Of a DNA stretch of 64,000 nt, positions 23,355-37,829 are shown one piece after another (position 1 is the first letter of the stretch; the number at the start of each line of letters is the position of its first letter). Source of the DNA: Ramazzottius varieornatus (Eukaryota; Animalia; Tardigrada). The stretch covers positions 310,001 through 374,000 of the forward strand of contig BDGG01000008.1 of assembly GCA_001949185.1 (NCBI GenBank), in the 5' to 3' direction. The notes under the pieces are model-generated. The model did no database searches, was not told the DNA's origin, and saw only the letters and a program-made list of their open reading frames with translations. The translations under genes and the position numbers were made by a program.

Positions 23355-26300
23355 TAACTGACCCGAAATTTGACGACCGGCTTTGTTTCGCTCTGTTTTG
23401 CAAATCGAAGAAGAATTCATGATCCGATGTTTTTCTCTCTTGCAGGAAGCTCACCCGGTGCGGGTTGAACCGTGTCAGAAACTTCGTCGGAACGACGACA
23501 GGTCTACAAGTCAACATGACGCCATCTGGAGATGTGCTTGATGGATCTGAGAACAATGCGCCAGATGTCATAGCAGATGCACAGCAGCAAGACGACGACA
23601 AGTTCCTCGAAAAATAACTCTTGCAAGTGAAGCGTTCCTTTTTGGTAGCCCTACTCTCGAACAAGCGGAGCCCAGGTAAGCACAAAGGTTCGATGAGAGC
23701 ATCAGAGGCCCGAGGAGCTCGACAGCACACTGCTGTCACAGCTGAGTTGCCTGAGCAGGTACCCTACCCGACTTGATACCCACATGATTTGGATCCTAAG
23801 AACGATTTTGGTGGCCTATTTTCCCAGGAGCATACGGCTGGATACTTCGTGTTTCTCTTCGGTGCACCCAACGCGACGTTCACATACGTGAGAGTTCCCT
23901 GAGACGGTCTGCTGTACGAGGTAATGAGAACAGTTTTCTAATTGTGCGGGAAAGTTCATATCATATTCCCGACGGCACATTGTATACAGGTGCGTTATCA
24001 TGCGTTGGTCAGGGAAGAAGACGTGCCGAAATCGTTGATCATAATGTTTACGAGCTCGTCATAATTCACATCAACTTCGGTTGCCCTCTGACCGCGCGGC
24101 AGACGAGTCTGGTCTGATGTGGTATGCCCGCTTTTTACAGTGATCACTGATGCACGATCCGAATCTTACCATGAATTCCTTAGATGACAGTGACAAATTT
24201 AGAAGAAGCTTACCTGCCGAGGGGCGAGAGACCATATTACCAGCATATTTTCACAGTAATCAGTCTCGCTCCATAGACGATTTTCCTCGCTTGTATAAAC
24301 TATGGCGGCATCACTCATGCCGAACCACAATATCACCGCTTCTCCTGAGCATAACTTACACGCTTGTGTTGCACCAGATGTCCTTTTTCTTATTGAAGAG
24401 CTACACTGCCGTACTGTCCCGTAAAAAAATTGTTGCTCAATATTATTCGACGTCTCAAAATTTCATGAAGGTATTAGATTCTATACTGAGCGTTGGAGGC
24501 TCTCGCACCTTCCAAGTCTGACTGTTGGAAGGTGTGAGAATCTTGACGAATCAAGAGATTTTCAACCGGGAACTCGGAAACGTGGACCAAGATTTGGGCG
24601 GGTGCAGACCAAAGAAGCAGCAAGACATCACATACTAACATTCATGACATACTGATACAATATACACCAGCCTAGTCCTTTTGGTTGATCGAAGATCGTT
24701 GATTCGCTGCACCGGTTGCAGTGTGAAGTTTCTTAGTTTTTTTGTCGAGGTTTCTTTGTCAGATCTGTCCTGTTGCACTCCAATGCGTTTGATACCGCTC
24801 GTTAACGTTCGACTTTGGCATCCGCGGCACCATCCTGGTCGAATCGGCTAATCGGGAAAGCGGAAGGAACTTTGAGGCGGCTGAGGGGCTCCGTGTTCTG
24901 GACATTTCGGGTTATGCCAAGCGACTTACTGGTAAGGCTTCAGAAGAGCTGAGTTCAGATGGAGCGGTGTACTGTCCTGTCCCTAGAGAAGGCAAATCTT
25001 CTACCCAGCAGCATGGTCGGTGAAACTTGACGGATCTACAAGCTTTGATCAGTGTTTGGAAAGTGAAAGCCACTGGACAGCACTTTGCCTTCCGGGCAGA
25101 TCACGATCGTAGACGCGGAATGTCAAAATTTAATTACGCGGTGAGTCTTTGAGAAATTCCGTGCAAGCTCTTATATCGGCTATCTTAAAATGTCAGTCGT
25201 TTTCGTTTCCCGTTTGCAGTGACAGTCAAGAAAACAAGACCGAACCCATCTTATTCCAGCTTAGAACCAGCAGGAAGTCCCCCAAGGACCGTAATTGTAC
25301 TCCGGCTTGCCTTGGATCATGAAGTGACTATTCCTAATGGTAGTCTGATTTTGGTGTGGAATCGATGTGGATAGCTTTGCCGTGACTCGTTGCTGTTCGT
25401 AGGCATTTCTTTGGCGACATTGCCTGTACCCTTGATGCAGGCACCACCTCCGACGTGGCGAAGTAAACCGGATTTGTTGATGAGGCGGCTACAGCCCTAC
25501 CGCCACCACCATCACGAGATGTGCATCTGTGCCTACTACCCAGCAATGTCGTATCTGTATGATCCAGTTTGCCGGCCGGCCTTTCTCTCTCATGCATAAA
25601 ATCAAAACCTGTTGACAAGCATAATACCTGTATAGAGCCATAGACCAGGATGTGTTATTAAAGTTTGAACATCAGTTGGCATATCTTTCTGCTTCTAGCC
25701 ACGACGAACCTTTTCCCCCGAACTTAGGCCGAACAGCCCGAAGACGAAATCTTCTCCTCCAGAAACCCACCCGGATCAACTGACGCATCTTCTTCCGGAA
25801 CAACTTTAAGCCATCCAGAATCGATCCTGTCAAGTGCGGAGAAAACTGAGGTGAGCTTTTCGAGGTGATCATCAATAAAACGAAGAATCATAGTTTTCTG
25901 AGAATCTTCCCTGTTCGATGACGCTAGCTCCAGAGAACTTCCAGTTCGAAAGAGGTCTGAGAAACTTTTTTTCGGAGTACGGTCTGGCTCATGCAAAAGC
26001 GGGAAATAGTTAATTTGGGGTTCTGGAAAGTTTACCCAATCTAAACTTTTTGTCACCTGCCTCTCGAGACTCTTGTATCTCTTCGTAACGCTTCTCCCAC
26101 TTTCCTATGGTGAGTCTGTGGAGCGGAAAAAGAATGCGGGCTATCTCTGTATTGTTCGTTTAGTGGTGTTTGGGACGGTTGTTCTGATTCCCTAGCATCA
26201 GAGAGTGTCGATTGCTCATTGTCATCCCCTGAGGCGGAAAGCAGAGTAGCTCTACTGGCACGATTGTTCTCTTGTTCGATTCCAGGAAGATCCCCTCTAA

Positions 26301-28151
26301 AATTACGAACAATTTCAACACAACGCTACCAAAAGGGCACCTGCCCTCTTTGCACTAGTTGCACGCGAAATGCCCATCAATGCTCAACGGTCCAAAACGA
26401 TGCCGCCATGACTGCGCGACTTGACAAAACATTATACGAATAGGGAATTTTCCTAGATTGTTACTTCAACCTGCGTACGTTTTCGTTGTTTTGGCTCTGA
26501 GAGCGTGCGCCAATTAGAGAGACGATCTGCGTGAATTCATTTGTTTATCTCCCAATTTCGGGAGATAAATTAGCGAGGTTGTATGATTGGTAGACAAGAA
26601 TAACGAAGAAATCAAATTTTTAGATCAGAAAGAACACAAAAGTTGGTCGGATTTTGTTCACAAATTTTCTTGATGTAACCGTGACTAACAACGAACTCGC
26701 GCACTCAAAAAGCGTGCGACAACAGAAATTCAAACTGTGGTGTTCTTGATTTCAACTGAACGTGCCAAAGATCTGCGAACAAGACCTGACTACGACAGAA
26801 AGAAAGTTTGATACTGTGTTCCGTAAGTGAAAGTAACGTTAGAACGATCGCGAAGAAGATACGACACCATGGCCAGCATTCACAGCTTGAGAACGTGAAG
26901 CTAGTCCGCCGCCCTTGGCCATAATCACGCAATGTCAGAACGGTTGAAAAGGACGAAATCATAGTCTAATTATCTAACTATCAACATGCTTTGACAAACT
27001 CCACATGATGAACAAACCGGTTCCGCTCCAAACGAAATAGATCTGGCAGAAGCTTTTCCTTAGTCCGATAGTAAAAATTCGCCTGTTATTTTCCTGGCCC
27101 AAAATCTCATCACGTTCTGGAATTACCTTTATATTATTTTGTGTCTCCCGCAGTAAATTTCCGCATTGAAAAAAGTTTTTCGGATCAAACCAAAAGTATT
27201 CGGAATATTTGAGGGAGTTACCAATGGGAGGATCGAATGGGTTCAGTTTGAAAGCCGCATACGAAGCTCCCACGGTGCCACGCCCATTTCTTGGTGTTGA
27301 TGTTTTGTTTTGTCAAAAGAAGACTTTTGTTGGGGTGGATGACATGACTATTTCCGGGTACGGTACGATGTAGCTGCTTGTCATGGCCTAATCTATATTG
27401 AAATGCAATTGCCGAATGCATTTTGCGCATTGAGTCTCGGCTTCTAAACGAGTTTATCATGCAGCGAGCGAAGATGGTTCGAGGTGAGCGCGAAGACCTT
27501 CAACAAATGGCTCTTCTGTCTTGCTAGCTGACAAATTGGTCAGTCGAGGTTGCTGTTACAGCGCGAAACGGCAGTTCGTGAAGCTAGTCCTTAACCTATT
27601 GGCCGGTCGATGCCTTCTGCGTCGTATGGTTTCACAGAGGAGGTTTTAGTAATTCAAGTTCTTGACAGTGAAGAAGCCAAAAACGGCCATGATGAGCCGC
27701 AGGCCAACTCATCTGATTCTTATGCGATAGTTTACTTGTTGTTATTGCCACGTTGTTTTTCATGGTCGTTCTCAACGACTACGCTTCTTTTTTGAACTTT
27801 AACCAAGGTTGAAGTACCCTCTTTCGCGCACCGTAAAACCATTTTTCAACTTTTCCACTTCATGACCTTTCCTCACCCACCATTGTTTGTTTGATCCGAA
27901 ATGCTTGTCCAACAGGTCAAGGTTTCTCTTATCGATAATCGTAGCCAAATTCATCGATGAATTTCATGCATCTAAATTGTAGGCTTCTTGAAATTTCAGG
28001 TTGCTTCGGAGCTCCAACAAATCTTCCCGGACGGTGGCAGCAAAGTCTCCTTGGACCACGAATACACTTCTTTCAAGGTAAGCCCAGTCTGAAAGCCTAG
28101 GGGAACAAGGTGAGACGTCGGCAGAGGACTGACCATGACCGTTTCCCCAAG

Positions 28152-28192
28152 TGGCGCACTCGTTCCGCTTTTAACAATGGAGATGTGCGCCA
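28152..28192. repeat. Dyad element N29 (apparently intergenic)
   Basis: aagTGGCGCactcgttccgcttttaacaatggagatgtGCGCCActg. Confidence 0.8.
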
Positions 28193-28642
28193 CTGGAGAT
28201 AAAGATCGCATTCAGTTCAAGTGCCGCTTTCCCAGGTAGATCCGGGAAGAAAGATACATATTGTGACAGGTGTCATCGAGATAAGGAATGACACCGTAAA
28301 CGAGGGCAAGTTGATGGGGCAATCTAGATCGCTTAATAGAATATAATGGACGGTACGGGAATTCTGGCGGCGCCGTATGCTAATGTGCACTGATACATTT
28401 CTCCGGCAGGGGATTAAGACGGCGCAGCCAGGTAGCTAATGCTCATTTAATTAGTTCTCCTTGAACGACCTTGTCTTCGACGAGGAAGATGGGAGACAAA
28501 GACAGTTACGATGTCGTAAATGAGAATAACTGGAACAACTAGACCAACCGTAATGGGAATTGTATGCAAATTGACGACGTGATTGCTACCATCTGCAAGA
28601 AAAGTCCTTTGTGTTGCGAAAAACACCGTAGAAAGAAATGAT

Positions 28643-28841
28643 ACCGCCTTCTTTGGCAATCATGCCTGGTCGGACGACAAACGCCAGACCTCGTTGGCCT
28701 TGTCTTCCAAGGAAGATTTATGGTGATAGTAGCTAAAGGCGTAATTATAGGGTTTGGGAAGAAAGTTGAGGCGAAACGACAAGAGCTAAAAGTGGTCACT
28801 TGTCATACCAGTTGTGATCGGTGACAAGTTGGACCTCCTCA
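28643..28841. repeat. 199-bp dispersed repeat, copy B
   Basis: Near-identical to 5753-5951, same orientation. Confidence 0.95.
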
Positions 28842-31800
28842 GGCTATGGTCAAGCTATAAGATTGTCATATTCAAAAGTCGGCTATGCCCAGCCGCCGCA
28901 TATTTGATCCACAGGGTCAAGAATTCCACAGTGTCTCTTCCTAATAAAGAGATTCGTCGCATTGTAGTTTGGTTAGACAAGAAAAGCTGCGGGAGTTATC
29001 TCGGGTAAGGTATTCTGCCGGTTCTTCAAGGTAAAAATGACTGGCAGTTGCATCTGGTGCCCAGTTAGGGTTCGTTGCACTTTAGAGAAATTTGACAGCC
29101 TTGGAAAACTGCCGGAAGACTTGCAGCTGTGAGGTCGAACTGCGATTGTGTTGTTCTTGACAAATCATCCTAGGTTCAGGCAAAGTCTCAGACGCAGTGA
29201 GACAGTCACTGTTGCTCGGTTGAAATAGTCAGCGGGCTGAGGAGCCCACAGAGTTCGCCCGCTCGTCGAGCACGAACCAGGATACAGGGTAAACATGTCG
29301 TGGGTTCTCGCAAAGTCCGCCCACGGAACAAGTTTGAATATTCGTAACGTGATAAGAAATGCCATTTGGAAAACTTGGAGCTTAAGCACGAACTTGTTGC
29401 GGACCTAAACTCGGTCTAAATGGTCTGCTAAACGTTACGCAGAGCTTCTGCATGCATAAGCGAGCGATATTTCATACGGTTCATGGTCAGGTGTGTTGTC
29501 TTGTCCGACTTGTCCGAATAGTTACTCTTTGTCGTGTTGACGTGCCTGTGGGCGGCGGAAATGGATTTTGTCAACCGTTATTGACCCTTACCGTTAACCA
29601 TGCGGAATATTCGACCTGTGGAGTACATCGATCGAAGAAAGGTCCCCGAAATTTTCGCTACGAAATTGTTCTTGCGTCAGTAGAGGAAAGTTGAAACGTG
29701 GGGGAACACCGTCATGATACAGTATGACACATTCCATCAAGGTAGAATATTCAGGGTTTAATATACGCTTGTGTGTAGTACCAGTTTTTAATCAGAAGTA
29801 GTTGGAAGAAAGGACCTAAGGAATTTATAAGAAGGATGGAAAGTGACATTAGTCGATAGCCAATCACGTTAGGTTGCTTTGATCTGCATGCCTGAGTGCA
29901 TCATCTGATTTGTGCGCCACGTCGCGCTCCAGCGCCCTTCTTGATCATCTTTTGCTGTTTACTATCCTTGCCGCCCTTAAACCGTCAATTGGCCGCCAGG
30001 CATCATATACCGTCGTCGCGATACATAATAGGCCTGATTGCAACAATAACTTGCCAGATATGATTTTTCAATAGAGCCTTCCTTCAAACCCAAGACATTC
30101 CCAGGCTTTTTAATTCTCTTTTGTATAGGAAGATAGATTCTTCGGCCGGCAGTTCCTTCTTCCTATGCGGGAAAAGATAGATCATTGGGGTATTCAGTGT
30201 CCACACAATTTATCTTATCTCGAGCGTATTGTGGCCTTTGACGGCAGTACAGCCTCTTGACATTTGGGCTGAATAGCTGGAAGAGCATATTTCACATAGT
30301 AGGTCCCATACAATCGTTTCATAAAGGAGGAAGAGATTTGCTTGTTAACAAACGTCCCAGGTAAAGGCAATAATGTGTTTGCAGCCACCATTGTGTATCC
30401 GTCCCCTCTTTGAACCAGTTTCATTTGTACCGGCCATGGTGATGCTCTCGTTCCCAGAATTAAAGATGCCCCCAATGGGGCTATCTTAATTATCACACGA
30501 AATGTCGGGTCAAACACCTCCTTCCCCCAATTGACAAATTCCGGCATGTCTCGTCACGAACCTCTTACTGACACTTATCAAACCATGAAACCATTATTTT
30601 CACAGTATGGTTTCACTGGATCTAGACTAGTACACGTCCCCCAAACTGAAAAAAGCTGGGTATGTGATGGGAAGAACTAGATGCGGCTGAACCATCGTCC
30701 TGCATACACTGACCTGTACACTTACGCTAGTGTGAAAGTATGCAGGTGCATGGAAGGTGCGCCGGTTTCGATGGGTGAACTGGCCTAAAGATCTTTGGGT
30801 TCTCTGTAGTTTTAGAGTTCTTTGCTACTGTTTCATCGATGTCCTTACTCGTTGTTGACATCAACGGGGCAAACGTTGCGTGTTTGCGAGGTAAACTAGA
30901 TTACATATGAGATCAAAGTATCCATTAAAATCAGCGATGAATGTTTTAAGTAGGAAACATGCACAGTCGATAAAAAGATATGGTGAACGTATGTTGGAAC
31001 GGTAAACAACATCTCAGAGAGTATGTGAAGGGTGGAAGGCGATGGCCTTGCGAAGGTTTTTATTTTTTCTCGGGCAAATTACAGATTAGGCCTTTGCCAT
31101 GCATGCAATTACGGTCATAATTTGGAGCGTTTTCCAGCGATATTGTTGGGTAGTGCGGTCCGTGCTTGAGCGACTTTGCCTGCGCATAAGCAACCAAGAG
31201 TGGAGAATTTTCTTAAAGATCCTCTTAGCTAAATTAGTCATGCAGTTCAGCGCACCAGTATCTGCTGCCACGGTGCTTTCAAAATACGTATGCGACAGGT
31301 GTAGTGAACCATTTCACCTTGGCGATCTGGCGCTCGCATATACTCCACGAACGATTTCAACACAAAACCGGCACTGCCATTAAGTTTTTTTACGATACAA
31401 TATTTCTTTCCTCAAGACAGAAGCCTTCGTACTTTGGCCGTAGTCCGAACTTTAACTCGCACAAAGTTATTTTCCGGAAGAACTAAACTTCCTCCTTCCA
31501 TGCTATACGTACTCTATATGAGAGGGCGTATAGTGACCAGTGGTCACTTTGTGTTCCGCCCCCTTTCGTGCAGGGAAATCAGGGAGACTGCCACCGACTG
31601 CGCTAATTGTCCCGTTCACCTTGTCTGCCACCACTAGTAAACCTCCCGAGAAATAATTACTGTTTAGTATGTCTGAGCATACTGTCCGTCGGATGATTGT
31701 TTAATAGCTGCGGAACGCACCTCTTGTCATTTCGAACCATCAGCTCTGACACTACCGATACTCCTGATCTTTACCGAACTGTAAACTTTGGAATCTGTCG

Positions 31801-31904
31801 CAACCCGCTGTTGCTCCTCGATCTGTTAACCTATCAGTTCCTTGCGAGCTACCACGTACTGTGACGACCTTTTCCTCAGTGTGATATATATGAATACTTT
31901 ACAG

Positions 31905-33951
31905 ATGAATCAACTGTGCAAAGTGTGCGGAGAACCGGCAGCGGGCTTTCACTTTGGAGCTTTTACCTGCGAAGGATGCAAGGTACGTCAGCGCCAGGAC
32001 CTTCTGGTCACAAAGACGAATCCTTAAATTTTCCAAATATCGTCTTTTAGTCTCAGTAAGCCAACATGATTCCAAAATGGTTTCAGACTATCTCGAAACA
32101 TCGTTAGACGATCGAAATTTTCCCGGAATATTTTTATGGATTTTCCGAATATTTTAGCTATTTAAAGATGTTTTTCCTTCCTCAATTCGAGGTCTTTTGC
32201 ATCTTCGGTTTTCCATTGAATTTTATCGCGCTTTGCCTGTTGAGTAATATGGAAGTGTACGTAATGTGTGTCTGTGACCGGTGATGAAGTCGCTGAAACG
32301 TTGACGATGAATTCTGGTAGTTCCGTGGACGAACAGCCTAACAACCTCGAGTTTTTTCGCGCTTCAGATGACTTAATGAATTTATTGTTTGCTTTCTGCA
32401 GTCATTTTTCGGTCGGACGTACAGCAATACGTCACAGATGGGAGAGTGCAAAAATGGCGGAAGGTGAGAATTATTACCCACCGTAAACACATCTCCCGGT
32501 ATCAACCATCCAGTGTAACGACATATTTCTTCTTTTCCGTAGTTGCAAGATCAACCGAAAGAACCGCACTTCCTGCAAGGCTTGCCGTTTACGCAAGTGT
32601 CTGATGGTCGGCATGTCAAAGAGCGGTAAGTTCTCGAGCTCGAGTTCTCACTTTTGCATACAAGGAACGTAGACAGACACTTTCTCCCTTAACTCGCGAC
32701 GGTCGTTTTTCAAGTATCTTTGGATCACTGAATTTACTACCGCCATGCATACACTTGGTCCTGGTTCATCGAAACCTCGAGTACCTAACTCACGAATATT
32801 CAAAATCAATTATATAATCAATTCTATTATATATATTATTTCGATAGTTATTCAAAGAACCACAAAATTAAAAGAGAAAATGGAGGCCCGGCAAACAACA
32901 TCGACCAGATATCTTTTTTTTTGATAACACTGACAACGTGCGCACTTTCCCAACCAACAACACTGGGGACGTACACTGCTGGAGAACGATCTTGTCAAGT
33001 GGCGCGCATTATCGGCCAATAACACTGACAACGTGCGCCACTTGGGGAAGAAATTCGACAGAGATTTTTTGCCGAGCTCCCAAATAACAAAATGAGATCC
33101 TGAAAGTTGTAGTCGGAAATCTGAACATCGAAAATCAATGCCAGAGTGTGATATTCGCGTGATTCATGCGAAATTAGCCTGATCTAGCTTTGAAATTTTT
33201 TTTCTTTACAGGTTCGCGGTACGGGCGTCGGTCTAACTGGTTCAAAATTCACTGCCTTCTCCAAAACCAGAAAGACGGTTCCTCAGAGGGTCACGACGGT
33301 GACGAGGAAGAAGGCATGTCTGACCGGACACTGTCCACACCAAACTCTCTCAAGAGCGCCACCGACCACAGTCCCACCATCTGGAACCCTTCGCTCTCTC
33401 CCGCCACTTCGCCTAATCTAAAGTCCGACCGCGATGACGTCAGAAGTGACGCCTCATCACTACACATGCCGTACATAAGCCCGTTCTTCCAGGCTAACCC
33501 CTTCTTCGTCCGACCTCATGCCACCATGCCAGTGAGCCCCCAGACTGGTTTCGACTTCGAGCAGTTACAGATGAGACCGGAAATGTGGCGGTGGTATATG
33601 CCACAGATAGCCAACATGATACAGTCACAACAGAACAACCTTACTAAAATGACATTTGATATGCCGGTCGAAAAGGTACAGTTACCTTCACCCAGTGTTT
33701 CGTCAAAGACGAACTTCTCGTCACCTTCTCCCAGGGTGGAAGACTTTGAGTTTGATGAAGATCAACCGTTAGACCTGTCGGCGAAACGTGGTAGGAACTA
33801 TTCGGGAGAATCGCATAACCATAGCTCTGACAGTCACGGAACGAGTCATACTACACCCGACACGTCGGATAATGAAATGGAAGACTCTGATGACTATCGC
33901 ATGACGGATAACCGACGACCGATGCAAGTTCTTGATTTGTCAATAAAATAA
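31905..33951 (+). CDS. knrl: Knirps-family (NR0A) nuclear receptor lacking a ligand-binding domain
   Basis: [26 protein letters not shown]|SFFGRTY...[27 protein letters not shown]|[18 protein letters not shown] (knirps box). CtBP-type motifs PLDLS and VLDLS. Exact paralogue (kni/knrl/egon) not resolvable. Confidence 0.92.
33000..33040. repeat. Dyad element N29 (knirps intron), preceded by a partial copy at ~32925-32947
   Basis: aagTGGCGCgcattatcggccaataacactgacaacgtGCGCCActt...ttgccgagctc. Confidence 0.85.
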
Positions 33952-34523
33952 AGCCGAATTTTTCTGGTGTGGAGAATAATCTATGTTTTTAGTGTTGGTT
34001 GATCATTGATCAGAATACTTGCCTTAAAAACTTTTAATGGTCGCTTTTTCGCTTTCATGCGCCACATTACGGGGACGCGCTGTACGTAGTTAGTGGCTGG
34101 GTTTGCTGTTGATATTGTTGCTCTACAATTACCTACCAATCGCACCATGTTTTTTGCTTCCTCGCTGTTGCATCTCCTTATTTTGTGTCACGCACCGCAC
34201 CGTCTTGGTCCAGGCTTTTACTTTGTTGGTACCATGCTTCTCTGATGTTAACTAATTTATATTAGCTTTCGGTTTCGCTGTGTGTTCATTCGGTGTTTTA
34301 CCGTGCTGTAAAGGAACCACTGATCTTTCCTCCAAAAAATAACAGGAGCTCGACGAACCAAGAAGTGAGCTAAAACCTTCGAAAAGAAAGGGCGACCGGA
34401 AGTAGGCTTCACCGCGGATCAGGTGATAAACGGATTTCAAAAGAGAAGGGCTTGGTCTGTCGCCACAGCAAAATGAAGCTCAACCGGGATGGAAAGGAAA
34501 ATAAGGGATAAAAAGGTAAATTT

Positions 34524-37500
34524 TCAGCCCTCGAGAGATGTCAGGGACAAATTACTCATATCGATATCGAGACTATTGAAAGAAGATTCACTGCCAACCT
34601 CGTTGGCACCGGTATGGTCTTCGGCAAAGTTAACCCTGTTACTTTCCCTACTACGTGTCGAGACGTTACTGCGAACCCTGGAAACACTTTTGGGATGGGC
34701 AAGATTTCTTTCCGACCAAGTTGACTGGCTCAGCGGCGAAGGACTCGCATTATCGTCCCTGTCATCGAGCCTGAAGTTCGATACAGTTTGCAGCGGTGGT
34801 CTTGGAGGCCTAAATACTGGTGGTCCTCCACCCGGGTCGGTCCCTCTAGGTGGCGGTATGTTGAAGTCACTCCATGGAACTCCGTTCCTCATCATCACTT
34901 TGTACCTGCAAACACAAATTGATAAGAGTTTGTGTGGAAACCCCAAAATGAGTCGCGCACGATTTCAGCCGGTGACAGTGAAACCGTGCGTCACTTGGGA
35001 GAGTGATATGGTCGAATTGGTTTGACAGCCCCAATTATGAAACGATATTCAGTCTTCCATCGGCCATACCAGTTAGCATCTGACACAAGCTCGTGTGCTT
35101 CGAACCGGGACATGATGGTCGGGTCTTCGCGTTCGCATTCTACCATTTCTTCCGCAGACATGTAGGTCCACCTGACAGCTAATAATACTGCCTTCACGTC
35201 ATCCGACCGTTCTTCCGGCCGGTGGTTAAGCCACAACCGCCCGGCTTCGAACACCTCAAGCTCGGTCTACACAAAAATATCAGTGGCATACACAGGAGAA
35301 AAGAAGATAAGTGTAAAGAGTAGGGTACCCTGATAGGGAGGTTTTCGTGGCTCAGGAGGTTCAATACCCATTTCACGTCCCAGTTGAGAAAGTGAGCTCC
35401 GTTGACATGCTCATAAAACATGGCGATGAACAGCTTCCAGGAATATGTGAAAAGGTCTTGTAGCTTTCTGCCTTGAGCAAACTCGATCAGGTTGATCATG
35501 TTCGGGGGAGTGAAGAGTTTGTCATGAAACTCTTGTATAATAGCAGGAAGGTCCGTCACGCCCAGTGCTTGGACCGCCGCTCTTATGCCGAGGATATTGT
35601 AGGCGTTAAGCTTCAGTTCGCCATAGTAGAGGAAGTGAAGGACCGTAGCGACATCGGATGAATCCAGATCCTACAAATTCGAAATCATGAACATATATAT
35701 TCTGGGGAAAAGCTAAAACTATCAGCTCTGGCTTACCGACAAGTTCAACGCGGGAATGTCATGCAAGGTTTCGCCGGGTAGGACAGGAATGTCATAGGTT
35801 GTAAACGCCAGGAGATATTCTTTATGGATTTTGAACTCTCGGTTTTTGCATTGTATGGAGATATCCGTAAAGACCTGCGGCACATAGAGGCAGTGTTATT
35901 CTGTGATATATGAATTACCTTATGAGCTAATGGATGTGCAAGCAGTACAGTCAAATTACCTCACCTGGTCCTTCAAGTCCTCACTCATAAACCTTGCTAG
36001 CCGTTTTGAGTCTTCTTGCTGTTGCTCGTCGTTGATGTCTTCCTCCAATGCCATAAGATCGGAAGCCTGGAGAGGCCCCGAGCGAGGGTTCCTTGATGGC
36101 GGATGGTCGTTCATTTTGATGACCGATGGATCGCCAAAGACTTTGTGAACCGTTGACGATTTCCCGGCTGACGAGCGGGAGGCAAATACTTGGTTGGTCT
36201 TGATCATTTCTTGTGCGAATACCGTAGAGTTGTAGGCATGTGGTGTTCTTGGGCCAGCATCATCACCGTGCTGGATAAGTCGCATACGACTCCTGTTCGT
36301 CTTCGGCCTCGGTAAACGTACAGAATGCCTTGATCGAGACTTCGCACTAACGTTCTTGGACTGGTGGGATTGTATGGATGTGGAGGAGTCAGCTGGTCGA
36401 GGGATGCGAGCCTGCCTTGAGTCCGCGACTTTTCTACGAGAATAAGCTTCTGGTTCCCCACTGGCAAATGTCCTTTTCGGTCTTTCTGGAGGCTCTGAAA
36501 TCAGAACAACGTCAAACACAAATTGCTGCAAAGCTGAAAAACATAATCACAGTACGATCAATGAAGGGAACGGCTACAAGAGTAACAGAACTCGAGTCGT
36601 TCTTTTCAAGTGGCGCCCACTCTCAGCCAAAAGCACCGAAAGCGTGCGCCAGTTGAAAAAGTAATTTTGTCAAAACTTCTTGCCGAGCTTCTGACCGAAA
36701 ACGGGCTAAGTTAGAGGCAAGCTCGAATAATTTCGGTTGAAGAGCCGAACGTACCGTCTCTGCAGTCGTCAGTATCATAGGTGAGATTCTTCGGCTTCCC
36801 CGCGAGCTGACCAAGATGAGCTATGGGAGGTAACTGGGTGGTATTCTGACTAGCAGCATGGCCTCTCGACTGGGCAGTCCTCTGTAGTCTGGCCCGCTCT
36901 TTCCATTTGTGCGCTTCCGCTCTCGTCCACCAGTTCTGCTGTTCTGCATTAGCAGGCGGAAGTTCGGATTGATAAGTTGGCGGACAGGGAACATTCGCTG
37001 TGGAGTGTGGCTTCTCTGGTCCTTCGTCGGCAGCTGCCACGGGCTTATTCCATCTTTTCTCCAACCGATCAAGAGGCGATAATCCAACAGGGCTGGGTTT
37101 CTTTTGCACAACACGCAGAAAGCTGGTTTTCCTGCAATTTGAATGTAGAGGCTCAAATACGGATTCAGACGAACTCCTGGTAGAAGAAATCTTGGCGGAC
37201 TGTCCACAACGGATTCCTTCCGGTCCTTCATTCTCCGACTCTTCCAGCATTGCAAGTAACTTCTGGGTATCAGTGGTGATCAGCGAGACATTGTCGTTTT
37301 CTCCTCTTCTTTCAAAGATCGTCCCACCTCGAGGACGTCTTTTAGAGGGTTCCTTCGCAAATAACGTTCGAGTATCGGTGGTGATTAGCGAGACATTGTC
37401 ATTCTCCTCACTTCTTTCGAAGATTGTTCCTCCTCGCGGACGTCTTTGTGAAGGTTCTTTCGTTCGCGTGGTAACTGAGGATGTTTTGAAATGGAAAGCA

Positions 37501-37829
37501 GTGATCCTGCCATCCGGATCCTCTTCCTTTTCGCACTTTATCGTCACAGTGGCTTTTCTTTGGCTACATTTTGGCGTTAGCGGAACTCGAGGAGCTTCGA
37601 AATGTGTTTTTACTTTGAAATCAGCCCTAGTGGTCGATTTCCATGGACGGAACTGATCGTTTCTGTTGAGCGGACAGACCTTGCTCTCCTTCCGGGTAGA
37701 TACGATGGATGTGAGCGAACAATCTTGCCGTTGGTCCGTAGGCGGAAGTTCACAAGACTCAACAGTTCCTGGCTTTCTGAGATCTCTAACAAACATCCCG
37801 TAACCCGGTACTGCTTTCGCTGACGACAT
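34524..37829 (-). CDS. BTB-BACK domain protein with long low-complexity N-terminus, no Kelch repeats seen
   Basis: FTDISIQCKNREFKIHKEYL (BTB start); FLNWDVKWVLNLLSHENLPIR|TELEVFEAGRLWLNH...LLAVRWTYMSAEEMVEC (BACK). Joining of the upstream 372-aa ORF is inferred from splice sites. Confidence 0.7.
36611..36651. repeat. Dyad element N29 (BTB-BACK intron)
   Basis: aagTGGCGCccactctcagccaaaagcaccgaaagcgtGCGCCAgtt...ttgccgagctt. Confidence 0.85.
37251..37460 (-). repeat. In-frame tandem duplication (2 x 105 nt / 35 aa)
   Basis: KEPSQRRPRGGTIFERSEENDNVSLITTDTRTLFA / KEPSKRRPRGGTIFERRGENDNVSLITTDTQKLLA. Confidence 0.9.

Noticed and set aside
24030-24090. EF-hand-like DVNYDELVNIM on the minus strand
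   Set aside because: The loop residues are missing and no coherent ORF or exon chain supports it.
37000-37656. 218-aa plus-strand ORF and similar antisense ORFs over Tudor, formin and DNAI1
   Set aside because: Shadow frames of the real minus-strand genes, with no recognisable motifs.
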